A stretch of 64,000 nt of DNA from Candidatus Calescibacterium sp. (GTDB lineage Bacteria; Calescibacteriota; Calescibacteriia; Calescibacteriales; Calescibacteriaceae): assembly GCA_032249135.1 (NCBI GenBank), contig JAVVGL010000008.1, positions 1 through 64,000 on the forward strand, read 5' to 3'. Position numbers and translations under genes: made by a program. The notes below the pieces were generated by a model. The model saw only the letters and a program-made list of their open reading frames with translations, did not search any database and was not told the origin of the DNA. Positions 49,120 to 58,986 of this stretch are shown in pieces. Each line of letters opens with the position of its first letter. Within the stretch, counting starts at the first letter, position 1.

Positions 49120-49963
49120 TCACAATATCTATAAGCTCTTTTGTTATTGCTTCCTGTCTTGCTTTGTTCATTTGTAAGGTCAAAACTTTTATCAACCTGT
49201 CTGAGTTTTGTGTAGCCATATCCATCGCTCTCATTCTCATAGCATGTTCTGATGTGATTGAGGATTGAAATATATAGAAAAGTTTTGCTTTCAGGAAAGC
49301 TTCTGAAAAGAAATCTAAAAGTTTTTCCCGAGAAGGTTCAAAAATTCTTTTTGGTCCCCAGGTTTCATATATATAAATGGGATATATTTTCTCACAAGTT
49401 GGGATTTGAGTTCCCGCACTCTTGAATAAAGTAAAGATACAATAAACCTCTAAATTCCATCCGTCTTCTTCCATTCTCTTTTTTATTTCTGATGAAAGTT
49501 CATCATATACTTTTTCAATTTTCTCATATGATAAGTCTCTCCAAAAATCTCTGAATTCTTTTACATTTTTGTATTTTTTAGAGAGAAATCTTGCTACACG
49601 AGTTCCGAAAGCCCATATGATATCATCTTGTTTTATATAATATTGAGCAAGTCTTAAAATATTACTATTGAAAGCTCCGCAAAGTCCTCTGTCTGAACCT
49701 AAAATTATGTATAGCCTTTTGATCTTATCAGAATTCTTACTTTCGTTGAATTTCATATCAATCAAAAATTCTTCTTTTGGTTCATAAGAAACCGAGAAGA
49801 TTTTCTCTAAGTTTTCAATAAATTCTTTTGAATTCAAAAGTATAGGTTGAGCTTTTCTTAACCTCACAGATGCAACGGTTTTCATAGCTTTTGTGAGCTT
49901 CCTTATGTTCCTTACTGCTCTTATTCTTTTCCTTAAAAATTTTATCCCGCCCTTTAGAGCCAT
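49085..49963 (-). CDS. atpG: F0F1 ATP synthase gamma subunit
   Basis: KLTKAMKTVASVRL, SDRGLCGAFNSN, SEHAMRMRAMDMATQN, NKARQEAITKELIDIVNG; ATG 49963. Confidence 0.95.
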   Translation of the reverse strand: MALKGGIKFLRKRIRAVRNIRKLTKAMKTVASVRLRKAQPILLNSKEFIENLEKIFSVSYEPKEEFLIDMKFNESKNSDKIKRLYIILGSDRGLCGAFNSNILRLAQYYIKQDDIIWAFGTRVARFLSKKYKNVKEFRDFWRDLSYEKIEKVYDELSSEIKKRMEEDGWNLEVYCIFTLFKSAGTQIPTCEKIYPIYIYETWGPKRIFEPSREKLLDFFSEAFLKAKLFYIFQSSITSEHAMRMRAMDMATQNSDRLIKVLTLQMNKARQEAITKELIDIVNGKNALEAQAI

Positions 49964-50066
49964 ATTCTGAAAAATAATATCCAAAATAAGAGTTTTTAGA
50001 ATATTCCAAAAAATTTTGCTCTGTTTTGTCCAGTTTATTTTCTATATCTTTTTTATTTTTTGCGTA

Positions 50067-51068
50067 TCATTTTCCATATATAGCTTCTCGTGGATGAAAA
50101 CCTGATTTTATTATCACATCATCTATTGTTTGGATTGAAACAAGGTGTACTGGTATCAAGATAACTTTAACATCAACTTTTCCGTTGTTCATTTTCTCAT
50201 TATACTGTGGAGTTTTTCCTTGGGAAAGTGCATAAGCAACACGGGCAGCGGATCTTGCAAGTGGTTCTATTGGTTTTAATATATCTATGGTTTGTTTTCT
50301 TTTCACAATTAACCTGCAATTTTCAAGGTCAGCATCTGCTCCTGCGGTAAAGATATTTTTTAAATCTAAACCTTCTTCCTCCAAAGCTTTTATTGCTCCT
50401 CTTATCAAAGATGAGTTATTTGCTAATACAACATTTATATCTTTTGTCTTTTTGAGTAGTTCCTTCATAGTATTATACGATTCTTTTTCATCCCAATTTT
50501 CGTGATAAAAAATTCCTAATCTTTTCATTCCAGGATATTTATCTAAAATTAACAGATTTCCAGCTGTTATTTGTTTTGCAACTGAATGATCTTTGCCTCC
50601 GGACAAAATCACATAATTTCCTTTGCCTCCCGTAAATTTAACTGCTTCTTGGGCTTGAATTATTCCTACCATTTTGCTATCGTGTGTGACGAAAAAATCA
50701 ATATCTGCATCGTATATTATTCTGTCGTATGCAACTACCTTTATTCCTTTTTGTGATATTTTCTGGATTTCAGAACTTATACCAGACGAATCAACAGGTT
50801 GTATGACAAGAACCTTTATACCTTTTCCCTCCAACATCCTGATGAGCTCTTTTTGTTTTTGGATTGAGTTACCTGCGTGTTCATAAAAAACTTTCATACC
50901 AAGTTTTTCTGCTTCATCTAAAAAAAACATCTTATCTTTTTTGTATCTTTCTTCTTTCTCTGTCGCAAGAATAAACCCAACTTTTATCTCATCAGAATAC
51001 AAATTAAAATGAAGAAAGAAGAAAAGAATGAAGAAAAGAAATAAAAACACTACAAAAAAATTTTTCAT
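50067..51068 (-). CDS. Sugar ABC transporter substrate-binding protein (XylF-like)
   Basis: Signal peptide; EERYKKD, VVAYDRII, GADADL, NNGKVDV. Confidence 0.85.
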   Translation of the reverse strand: MKNFFVVFLFLFFILFFFLHFNLYSDEIKVGFILATEKEERYKKDKMFFLDEAEKLGMKVFYEHAGNSIQKQKELIRMLEGKGIKVLVIQPVDSSGISSEIQKISQKGIKVVAYDRIIYDADIDFFVTHDSKMVGIIQAQEAVKFTGGKGNYVILSGGKDHSVAKQITAGNLLILDKYPGMKRLGIFYHENWDEKESYNTMKELLKKTKDINVVLANNSSLIRGAIKALEEEGLDLKNIFTAGADADLENCRLIVKRKQTIDILKPIEPLARSAARVAYALSQGKTPQYNEKMNNGKVDVKVILIPVHLVSIQTIDDVIIKSGFHPREAIYGK

Positions 51069-51302
51069 ATGAAAAAAATTTAAGGCAAATTAAGAAAAAA
51101 GTGAAAGAAATTTGAAAGAAGCAAATCGGATATGAAAAAATTTGGGTGATTACTTAAAATTTTCTACTCATACCTTCTGATTTTACCGATAGATTTGTTT
51201 CCGCAAAGTGGGCAGAAGTTTAACGATTACCAAAATAAATTATCAGACCAAAATCATAATTTCTGAAAGTTTTTCTGATTTATTTTGATTTCATCATTAT
51301 TA

Positions 51303-53486
51303 TTATTCCTTTATTTTCATCAGCATATCTTCTGGGGTATAAGATGGTGCTTTACATATCCACTCTGAACATACATATACTCTTACATCATCTTGTGGCG
51401 AAATATCAATGTGTTTTATAAAAGTCAAATCTTTTATTCTTTCGCTGTATAGTATTACGATTTTGTTTGGAATGTATGTTTCTCTCAATTTATCAAAAAA
51501 TGGTTCTACACTTTTTGGTGTTTTACTATTATTTATTTCATGCTTTGGAGGAACTATTACTATCTCGTATGTCGGACCTGCGAGAAAATCTAATGCACAG
51601 AGTGTGTTACCAAATCCAAAAGAAGAATTTTCAATATAATCAATAATGCTCATCAAGACACTTTCAGCTAAATTTTTGAATTTTTCTTTTCCCGTTATCT
51701 TGTAGAGCTTCAAAAGACAAATTATAGCCACAGAGTTTCCAGATGGTGTTGACAGATCATATAAATCTCTGATTTTTGATAAGACGTAATCTGAGTTTTC
51801 TTTTTCTTGCATAAAGAAGCAGCTTTTTGACTCATCATAAAACTTTTCAATTAATTTTTCAGCGATTTCAACTGATATCTCCAAGAATTTTGTTTTTTGT
51901 GTTGAAAGATAAAGTTCTAAAAGACCTTGTAGTAAAAAAGCCCAATCATCTAACATACCCTTAGTATAAACTTTTCCGTCTTTGAAGCAGTGATATAGAT
52001 TTTCTCCGTCAAACATTTTTGATAAGATAAATTCTGCTGTGTTTTCTGCTGTTTTTATCATCTTTTCGTTTTTGAGTATAAATCCTGCTTTTGCAAGAGA
52101 GTAAATGAGGAGAGAATTCCAATCGGTAAGTATTTTTGTGTCTTTGAAAGGTGGAACTCTTTTTTTTCTTTCTTCTTTGAGTTTTTTTCTGCCCCATTCT
52201 ATTATTTCTTCTATTTCTGATTTATTTTTTCTATAAAATTGAGCTATTTTGTCTTTGTTTGCTGATATGTGAAGGATATTTTTATTTCCAAAATGTGGTG
52301 TGTTTCCTGAAAAAGAAACTCCAAAATGTCTCATAAATATCTCTGATTTTAGATCATCTCCGATTACATTTTTTATTTCTTCAGCTGTCCAAAGATAGTA
52401 TTTTCCTTCTTCTCCTTCTGATTCTGCATCTTGTGCTGAAAAAAATCCGGAAGTTTTTTCATCGTAAAGTTCCTCAAGAAGATATTCAAATGTTTCATCT
52501 ACAACTCTTTTATACTCTGGTTTTTTTGTTATTTGGTATGCTTCTGAATATACATCAATAAGTTGAGCTTGATCATAAAGCATCTTTTCAAAATGTGGAA
52601 TAAGAAATGCTCTATCTACTGTGTATCTGTGAAAACCTCCTCCTATTTGGTCATAAATTCCTCCTTGATGCATACTATCAAGTGTTTTTTCTACCATAAG
52701 GAGTGCTTTTTTATTTTTTGTTCTTTTCCAGTATCTCAATAGAAAGAGAAGGTTGGGAACATTTGGAAATTTTGCTCCTGATCCAAATCCTCCATATTCT
52801 TCATCAAAGGAGTTTTCAAGATCAAAAAAAGCTTTTTGCTCTAATTCAACTATTGACTTTGTACTTAATTTTGATTTATCTTTTGTTTCTGGGACCTCTT
52901 CGTTGATTTTGGTTATAAAATCCAGTATTTTGAGTCCATTTTGATATATTTTATCTTTTTCTTTCTCCCATATTTCTTTTATTTTTGGAATGAGGTCTGT
53001 GAGTCCTAAAATTCCTCTTTGTGTTGTCGGGGGTAGATATGTTGCCACAAAAATCGGGAGACCATCGGGAGTGAGTATAACATTAAGGGGCCATCCGCAA
53101 TTTCTGATTGTTATTTCGCATATCATCATAAAAATTCTATCAAGATCAGGTCTTTCTTCTCTATCTATCTTTATCGCAACAAAATTTTCGTTTATAAGTC
53201 TGGCTATTTCTGGGTTTGAAAAAGATTCTCTTTCCATCACATGACACCAGTGGCATGTTGAATACCCTATTGATACCAAAATCAATTTGTTTTCTTTTTT
53301 TGCTTTCTCAAATGCTTCCTTACACCATGGCCACCAGTCAACAGGATTATCTTCGTGCTGTTTTAGATAAGGGCTATTTTCAAAGTATAATCTGTTTTTT
53401 CCCGGTGGAGGATCTTTTAGAACATACTCTTTGCTCTCTAAAACCTCAATAAAATATTTTCTTTGATTTTGTTCTCCTTGAAACAT
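51303..53486 (-). CDS. YyaL/SSP411-family thioredoxin-domain protein
   Basis: [42 protein letters not shown]. Confidence 0.93.
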   Translation of the reverse strand: MFQGEQNQRKYFIEVLESKEYVLKDPPPGKNRLYFENSPYLKQHEDNPVDWWPWCKEAFEKAKKENKLILVSIGYSTCHWCHVMERESFSNPEIARLINENFVAIKIDREERPDLDRIFMMICEITIRNCGWPLNVILTPDGLPIFVATYLPPTTQRGILGLTDLIPKIKEIWEKEKDKIYQNGLKILDFITKINEEVPETKDKSKLSTKSIVELEQKAFFDLENSFDEEYGGFGSGAKFPNVPNLLFLLRYWKRTKNKKALLMVEKTLDSMHQGGIYDQIGGGFHRYTVDRAFLIPHFEKMLYDQAQLIDVYSEAYQITKKPEYKRVVDETFEYLLEELYDEKTSGFFSAQDAESEGEEGKYYLWTAEEIKNVIGDDLKSEIFMRHFGVSFSGNTPHFGNKNILHISANKDKIAQFYRKNKSEIEEIIEWGRKKLKEERKKRVPPFKDTKILTDWNSLLIYSLAKAGFILKNEKMIKTAENTAEFILSKMFDGENLYHCFKDGKVYTKGMLDDWAFLLQGLLELYLSTQKTKFLEISVEIAEKLIEKFYDESKSCFFMQEKENSDYVLSKIRDLYDLSTPSGNSVAIICLLKLYKITGKEKFKNLAESVLMSIIDYIENSSFGFGNTLCALDFLAGPTYEIVIVPPKHEINNSKTPKSVEPFFDKLRETYIPNKIVILYSERIKDLTFIKHIDISPQDDVRVYVCSEWICKAPSYTPEDMLMKIKE

Positions 53487-53589
53487 CAGTTAATTTTTGC
53501 TTTCTTGATTTTTTTTTCAGTTTCAGCAGATTTTTTGTTTTTCTTTGATTTATGTTTATTTTTAACTTTACTTATTTCTTTTTTGTTGT

Positions 53590-55017
53590 TTATTTCTTTT
53601 CTTGATTTTCTTCTATTTTTGGTTTGAGGTTTTCAATCTTTGAAATTATTTCTGTTATTCCTGGTGGGAAGATATAGACTGATTTTTCACTTTCTTCTGC
53701 TCCTATGATTCCTTTTTCTGTTTTATCTCCTAAAACGAGCAAGTATGGAGTTAATCTCCCATCTACATCTACTCTAACTCTTATTTTTGGAGTTTTTACA
53801 AATTTTGTTATATCTGTGTTGTCTTCTACAAAATCAACAACTTCCACATTTGAAAGCTGTGATAATAAATCTTTCACTTGTGATGAATCTAATTCTTTCT
53901 TTTCGTTTCCGGACACAAGGTAGAATTTGTCTGTGTTTACTGGATCTCTTTGAATTATTGTTATTTTTTGTTCTCTTTCTATTGAGACATTTTTTACTCT
54001 CCACACATAAAATCCTAAGATTTTTCTTTCTCTGTAAAGGGATGCAAAGAGAGTGTTATAGAAATCTTTTTGAATTTCAACAGAGAATATGTTGGGTCTA
54101 TCAGGTTTTTTTGCATATATTTTACCAGGTTGAATTTTGAGTAGAAGATTATATTTTTCTCCATCTGACATTGTAGCTTCAATTGAGAGATCCGGGTTTT
54201 CAAGACCATAAAGGTTTTGAGGGTGAGTGGAATCTGAAACGAATTCTGTTATTTTTATTCCATTTATTGCATAAAGTAGGTCTCTTACTTGGCTTTCCCT
54301 TGCTTTGACATATGTTGTATTTTCTGGAAATCTTATATACCAATCTCCTCCTTCTCTTTTCTCAAATATATACTCTTTTTTGTTTGCAGCTTCTTCTTGT
54401 TTTCCGTTTTTTACTATCACAAGTTTTTTGACATCTGGGACGACAAAGTCCATAGGTTTCTTTTCTCTGAAATCTTGTAAATTTTTATCTATTACTGCTT
54501 CCAGAGATGCGCTTATGAGGACTATTCTGTTTTCTGGGTCATCTTCTCTTTTTGCGTAAATGCTGTATCCAACTTTTGATTTTTCTCCTATAAGTATAAC
54601 TATGCTTTTTTCTTCTTCTTTTTCGTCTTTTACTTTGAGCTCAACTTTGAATCTTGGTGGTATGAAACCGAATTCTTTTAGTTTTTCTTCATCTACTACA
54701 TTTTTCTCAATAACTCTTTCTATTTCAATTGATGAGTATCTTGAAGCTATTGGATTTACGGAAAATTTATCTGCCTCTGCCCATATGGGATATATTATAT
54801 CCCACTTTGAATTTACTCTTTTGAACCCAATTTTTTCTCCATTTTGCTTTGTAATCCATATTTCACTTATTTTTGAACTATCTACATTTACGATTTTCTT
54901 CTCTTGTTCTTCTTTTTGTTTTTTCTTCTCCTCTGATGGTTTTATAACAAGAAAATATACTCCTAAAATGACCAAAAAAGCAACCAAAAGAATGATCGTT
55001 TGTCTGAAAACTCTCAT
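53590..55017 (-). CDS. DUF4340-domain membrane-anchored protein
   Basis: N-terminal TM, three repeated domains (W...P...AD; YGLENP); downstream of a GldG-like gene. Confidence 0.75.
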   Translation of the reverse strand: MRVFRQTIILLVAFLVILGVYFLVIKPSEEKKKQKEEQEKKIVNVDSSKISEIWITKQNGEKIGFKRVNSKWDIIYPIWAEADKFSVNPIASRYSSIEIERVIEKNVVDEEKLKEFGFIPPRFKVELKVKDEKEEEKSIVILIGEKSKVGYSIYAKREDDPENRIVLISASLEAVIDKNLQDFREKKPMDFVVPDVKKLVIVKNGKQEEAANKKEYIFEKREGGDWYIRFPENTTYVKARESQVRDLLYAINGIKITEFVSDSTHPQNLYGLENPDLSIEATMSDGEKYNLLLKIQPGKIYAKKPDRPNIFSVEIQKDFYNTLFASLYRERKILGFYVWRVKNVSIEREQKITIIQRDPVNTDKFYLVSGNEKKELDSSQVKDLLSQLSNVEVVDFVEDNTDITKFVKTPKIRVRVDVDGRLTPYLLVLGDKTEKGIIGAEESEKSVYIFPPGITEIISKIENLKPKIEENQEKK

Positions 55018-55091
55018 GGTTTATACTTTTTTCTTTTTCTTTTTTTTACATGTAATTTCTTTAAATGTAATTTCTGGAATTATTTTTATAA

Positions 55092-56522
55092 TTATAATTT
55101 TCTTTTTCTGATATACATTACAATTGCCAATGCAAAGGAAATTGTTGGTAAAGCAATAAGGAATATGTTTCTTAGCGTTGATATGTTCTTTGGAGTAAGA
55201 ACCAGAGTTCTTGCTTTTCTTTCTTTTGGTCTTATTGATATGAGTTCTCCTCTTTCTGCCACCCAATTTACTGCATTCAAAATAAGGTCTTTATTTCCAA
55301 GAATTTCTATCATACCATTTGAGATAAAATCAGAGTCTCCGAATACGACTAATCTTGCTTGTGTAGTTACCGGGTTTTGCATCGTTCCATATACTGCTTC
55401 ACCACCTTTTGTTCCCGGAATTCCAGATGCTGCGACTGCAACTGGAACGGGACCTTTTATATCTTGAGGGTCGAATTTTACTTGCCCTGATTGCCAATCA
55501 AAATCAGCCCACGAGTTTTCTGATGTTTTAGCTATTTCGGTTGCATCTACTCCTGAAACATTCTTTGATATGAATACTCTTCTTGCTGTTCTCATAAGAA
55601 CACCGAATCTGAAATCTTTTGTTATTGGGTGCTCATTATCATAATTTACTATTATGGGATGAGCAGGAGAAGCGCCAACGGCTCTGGAAGCAAGGTCTAT
55701 TATAAGAGATTTATCTAACTCTATTCCCCATGCTTTTACTATTTCAGCTATATTGTCTTTTGAGTCTGGGTCAGAGAGAAATATTGCTCTTCCGCCTGTC
55801 ATAAGATAATCTGAAATTTTTGTTATTTCATCGGGAGTGAATCCAATCTGTGGTCCGGCAATTATTAGCACATCGCAAACAGATTCTATTGGAGTTGGAT
55901 CCCATGTTCTTATTTTTCCAACTTGAAAACCTTCATTTCTGAGAAATTCTCCTAATTTTGATATTCCTAAAATTTCGGTGTCGTTTGGGTCTTTTTCACC
56001 GTGTCCTTCTGTGAAACAAACTCTTGGTTCTATAACCCTTACTATTTTCAGTATAGCGTTTGAGATTTGGCTTTCAGGGGATTTATCTTTGTCTTGCATG
56101 TTTATATCTAATTTTATTGTCTTTTCTCCATATGATATAACAACAGTTCCGAGTGTTTTTATTTCATATTTTGTTGCAAGTTGAGGTTTTTTTTCCGGAT
56201 CTATGATTTCCCATTTTATGCTTTTTGAGTTATATTCGTATTGCCTCATAAGTCTTTCAAATTCTCTTGTTTCTTCGTCTCCTTCTCGCATGAATGCAAT
56301 TATTTCAAGTTTTTTATTTTCAACTTTGGCTTTCTGATCAAGTTCCTTTAGTATTTTTTTTGTTTGGTCAGAAAGGGAAAGAAGTTTTTCTTCTGTCATG
56401 TCTTTTAAAATATAGTATTTATTTGAGATTATATTCACCACAACCAATATTCCAATAAGTAAAGCGAAAGAGACACCAAAATTTGACCAAAAAGAAACCT
56501 CTCTTTTTGTTATCTTCGGCAT
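55092..56522 (-). CDS. GldG-like ABC transporter auxiliary component
   Basis: DMTEEKLLSLSDQT, FTEGHGE, LIIAGP, VVFGDSDF, LNAVNW, C-terminal TM. Confidence 0.85.
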   Translation of the reverse strand: MPKITKREVSFWSNFGVSFALLIGILVVVNIISNKYYILKDMTEEKLLSLSDQTKKILKELDQKAKVENKKLEIIAFMREGDEETREFERLMRQYEYNSKSIKWEIIDPEKKPQLATKYEIKTLGTVVISYGEKTIKLDINMQDKDKSPESQISNAILKIVRVIEPRVCFTEGHGEKDPNDTEILGISKLGEFLRNEGFQVGKIRTWDPTPIESVCDVLIIAGPQIGFTPDEITKISDYLMTGGRAIFLSDPDSKDNIAEIVKAWGIELDKSLIIDLASRAVGASPAHPIIVNYDNEHPITKDFRFGVLMRTARRVFISKNVSGVDATEIAKTSENSWADFDWQSGQVKFDPQDIKGPVPVAVAASGIPGTKGGEAVYGTMQNPVTTQARLVVFGDSDFISNGMIEILGNKDLILNAVNWVAERGELISIRPKERKARTLVLTPKNISTLRNIFLIALPTISFALAIVMYIRKRKL

Positions 56523-56655
56523 AATATTATTTTCCTTATATCTCTTTAATATATTTTATTGATTAGTCAAAAAAATTCCAAAAATAAAGGAAAAGGTATG
56601 AAGAATTGTTTAAAAATTATGTATTTGAATTTGAATTCGGAAAATTAAATTTATT

Positions 56656-57240
56656 ATGTGCTTGAAGAAAATAAATATTTTGTTTATTTTGGGTATTGTT
56701 GTGGGTTTGTTATCTTTTTTTTATTTTTATTCTATCGGTTCTCTTTCGTTTGCTCAGCAACAGAGGCAAGGTCTGAAAATAGCTTATGTTGATATAGCTA
56801 AGGTTATTCAGGAAGCTGAAGCCGCTCAGGAGGCAAAAAGGAAACTACAAGGAGAGTATGAAAGAAGACAGGCAGAACTAAAAAAGATGCAAGATGAAAT
56901 TCTGAAAATGCAAGATGATTTTATGAGTAAAGTAAAGTTTATGAGTCAGCAGGAGGCAGATAAAAAGAAAGCAGAGATTGAAGCTAAGCAGAACGAGTTC
57001 ATGCAAAAATTGAGACAAGCTGAACTTGAAATCCAAAGTCTTGATGCTAAACTCACCCAGGGCGTAATAGAAGATATAAGAAAAATAGTAGAAAGGATTG
57101 CTCAAAGAGAGGGATACGATATTGTGCTGGAAAAAAATCAAATAATTTATGTTAAAGACGCTGATGATATAACTTTCAGAATAATAGATGAGTACAATAA
57201 ATCTTGGAGAAAAGAAAAAGAAAAGAGGGAAAAGAAATAA
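56656..57240 (+). CDS. skp: Periplasmic chaperone Skp/OmpH
   Basis: KIAYVD, long coiled coil, GYDIVLE, DIT; upstream of lpxD. Confidence 0.9.
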   Translation: MCLKKINILFILGIVVGLLSFFYFYSIGSLSFAQQQRQGLKIAYVDIAKVIQEAEAAQEAKRKLQGEYERRQAELKKMQDEILKMQDDFMSKVKFMSQQEADKKKAEIEAKQNEFMQKLRQAELEIQSLDAKLTQGVIEDIRKIVERIAQREGYDIVLEKNQIIYVKDADDITFRIIDEYNKSWRKEKEKREKK

Positions 57241-57282
57241 AATTTTGGTAAGTGTAATCACTAAAATTGGTATGAGCAAATA

Positions 57283-58353
57283 ATGGAAAAATCTTTCAGT
57301 TTAAAATATATAGCTGATTTCCTATCCGGCGAGCTTATAGGCGATCCCGATGAAAGGGTTTTTTCACCAAAAAATATAGAGGAAGCAAAAGAAGGAGATA
57401 TTTCCTTTTTGGTAAATCCAAAATATGAAAAATTTCTTGAAAAAACATCTGCAACTTGTCTTGTGGTAGAGAAAGGTTTCTTCCTGAAAAAAAAAGATAA
57501 AATAGAATCCGGAAAAATAAAGACAAAGAACTTCATAGAGGTTGAAAATCCTTACATTTCTATGATAAAACTTTTGTCTCTGTGGGAGTACAAATCTTCT
57601 TTTCCGGAAGGTGCAGAAAATCTGTCTTTTATTTCTAAATCTGCAAAAATAGGGAAAGATTGCCTTATTTTTCCTTTCTGCTACATAGGTGATGACGCTG
57701 AAGTAGGTGAAAACTCTATTTTGTTCCCCGGTGTTTTCGTGGGAGATAAATCTAAAATAGGGAAAGGAGTCGTTGTTTTTCCAAATGCTGTTATATATCC
57801 ATTTACGGAAATAGGCGATAATTCAATAATTCATGCAGGAGCAGTAATAGGAGCTGATGGGTTTGGATACATTTCTTATTTTGGAGATATACTGAAAATA
57901 CCACAAGTTGGTAAAGTGAAGATAGGAAGTAGAGTTGAAATTGGAGCTAACTCCTGTGTAGATAGAGCTACTATGGGGCAGACAGAAATAGGAGATGATG
58001 TCAAAATAGATAATCTTGTCCAAATAGCTCATAATGTCAAAATAGGAAAGGGGACAAGAATAGCTGCTTTGTGTGGTGTAGCAGGTAGCTCTAAAATAGG
58101 AGAATATTGCGTCTTTGGAGGTCAGGTAGGAGTTGTAGATCATGTAAGTGTAGGGGATTTTTCCATAGTTGCTGCAAGAGCTGCGATTATTTCTGATGTG
58201 GAAGGCGGAAAAGTAATAATGGGAGAACCTGCTATGGATAGAGCGAAATTTCTAAAAATTCACGCTTTATATCTTAAACTCCCTGAAATCTATGAAAAAA
58301 TCAAAAAACTTGAGTCAGAAATTCGAGAACTGAAAAATAAAGAGAAAAAATAA
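57283..58353 (+). CDS. lpxD: UDP-3-O-(3-hydroxyacyl)glucosamine N-acyltransferase
   Basis: Hexapeptide repeats, [26 protein letters not shown]. Confidence 0.96.
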   Translation: MEKSFSLKYIADFLSGELIGDPDERVFSPKNIEEAKEGDISFLVNPKYEKFLEKTSATCLVVEKGFFLKKKDKIESGKIKTKNFIEVENPYISMIKLLSLWEYKSSFPEGAENLSFISKSAKIGKDCLIFPFCYIGDDAEVGENSILFPGVFVGDKSKIGKGVVVFPNAVIYPFTEIGDNSIIHAGAVIGADGFGYISYFGDILKIPQVGKVKIGSRVEIGANSCVDRATMGQTEIGDDVKIDNLVQIAHNVKIGKGTRIAALCGVAGSSKIGEYCVFGGQVGVVDHVSVGDFSIVAARAAIISDVEGGKVIMGEPAMDRAKFLKIHALYLKLPEIYEKIKKLESEIRELKNKEKK

Positions 58354-58399
58354 AGAAAACTACAAGAATAAAAATAAGACACACGAAAAATAAAAAAAG

Positions 58400-58749
58400 T
58401 GGGTAGGTTGGGGCAAGTGTAAAAAGTTAATTTTTAATTATTATTGTTTTGGTGCTTCTTCTTTCTTTTCTTCTTTTTTGTGTTCTTTTTTCTTATGTTC
58501 CTTCTTTGCTTTTTCTTCTTTTTTCTCTTCTTTCTTTGGCTCAGCCTGCTGTTGCTGTTGTGGCTGAGCTGGCTGTTCCCCAGGTTCCTGGGCAAAAACA
58601 ATACCGCTTGATACTCCGATGAAGCTAACTAATGTAATTAAAGAAAGTATTTTCTTTACCATGTTTTTTCACCTCCTTTCTTTGTTTTTTGTTGATATTT
58701 TTATGAAAAAGAAAAGAAAGAGAGAGTATAGTTAGCCCCAACCTACCCA
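58400..58749. repeat. Perfect 15-bp inverted repeat enclosing the small gene at 58441-58662
   Basis: tgggtaggttggggc (58400-58414) and gccccaacctaccca (58735-58749). Confidence 0.92.
58441..58662 (-). CDS. Small secreted low-complexity protein (Gln/Lys/Glu/His-rich, Asr-like composition)
   Basis: Strong RBS AAAGGAGGTG; signal peptide ending VFA; mature QEPGEQPAQPQQQQQAEPKKEEKKEEKAKKEHKKKEHKKEEKKEEAPKQ. Confidence 0.85.
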   Translation of the reverse strand: MVKKILSLITLVSFIGVSSGIVFAQEPGEQPAQPQQQQQAEPKKEEKKEEKAKKEHKKKEHKKEEKKEEAPKQ

Positions 58750-58752
58750 TGT

Positions 58753-58780
58753 ATATTAGGAAATATGGTTTAATAAACAA
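58753..58780 (-). promoter_or_regulatory. Putative sigma70-type promoter for the small secreted-protein gene
   Basis: Minus strand TTGTTT-N16-TAATAT, ending 3 nt before the inverted-repeat arm. Confidence 0.35.
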
Positions 58781-58986
58781 TTTATTTTTGTGTTATTTTT
58801 CAATTTTTTTTTCTTTTTTATTTTTGTGCGAAATTTTGGAATTGTAAGTGTTTGTGATTGAAAGATTTGAATGGAAAATATTGCAGAAAATATCGGTTAG
58901 TGAGGTAATATTTCGGATAATTTCATACTTTTGGATCAGATTGTAAAATTTGATAGTAGAAAAAATAAAAAAGGAGGTTTGAAGAT

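Noticed and set aside
51164-51226. Minus-strand peptide fragment SLNFCPLCGNKSIGKIRRYE (Zn-ribbon-like)
   Set aside because: Bounded by stops with no start codon; a single CxxC is compatible with chance or a tiny relic
54560-55467. Long antisense ORFs (183 and 155 aa) and the many other short shadow ORFs in the track
   Set aside because: They lie opposite well-supported genes and have the Phe/Ser/Ile-rich composition expected from reverse-complemented Lys/Glu-rich coding DNA
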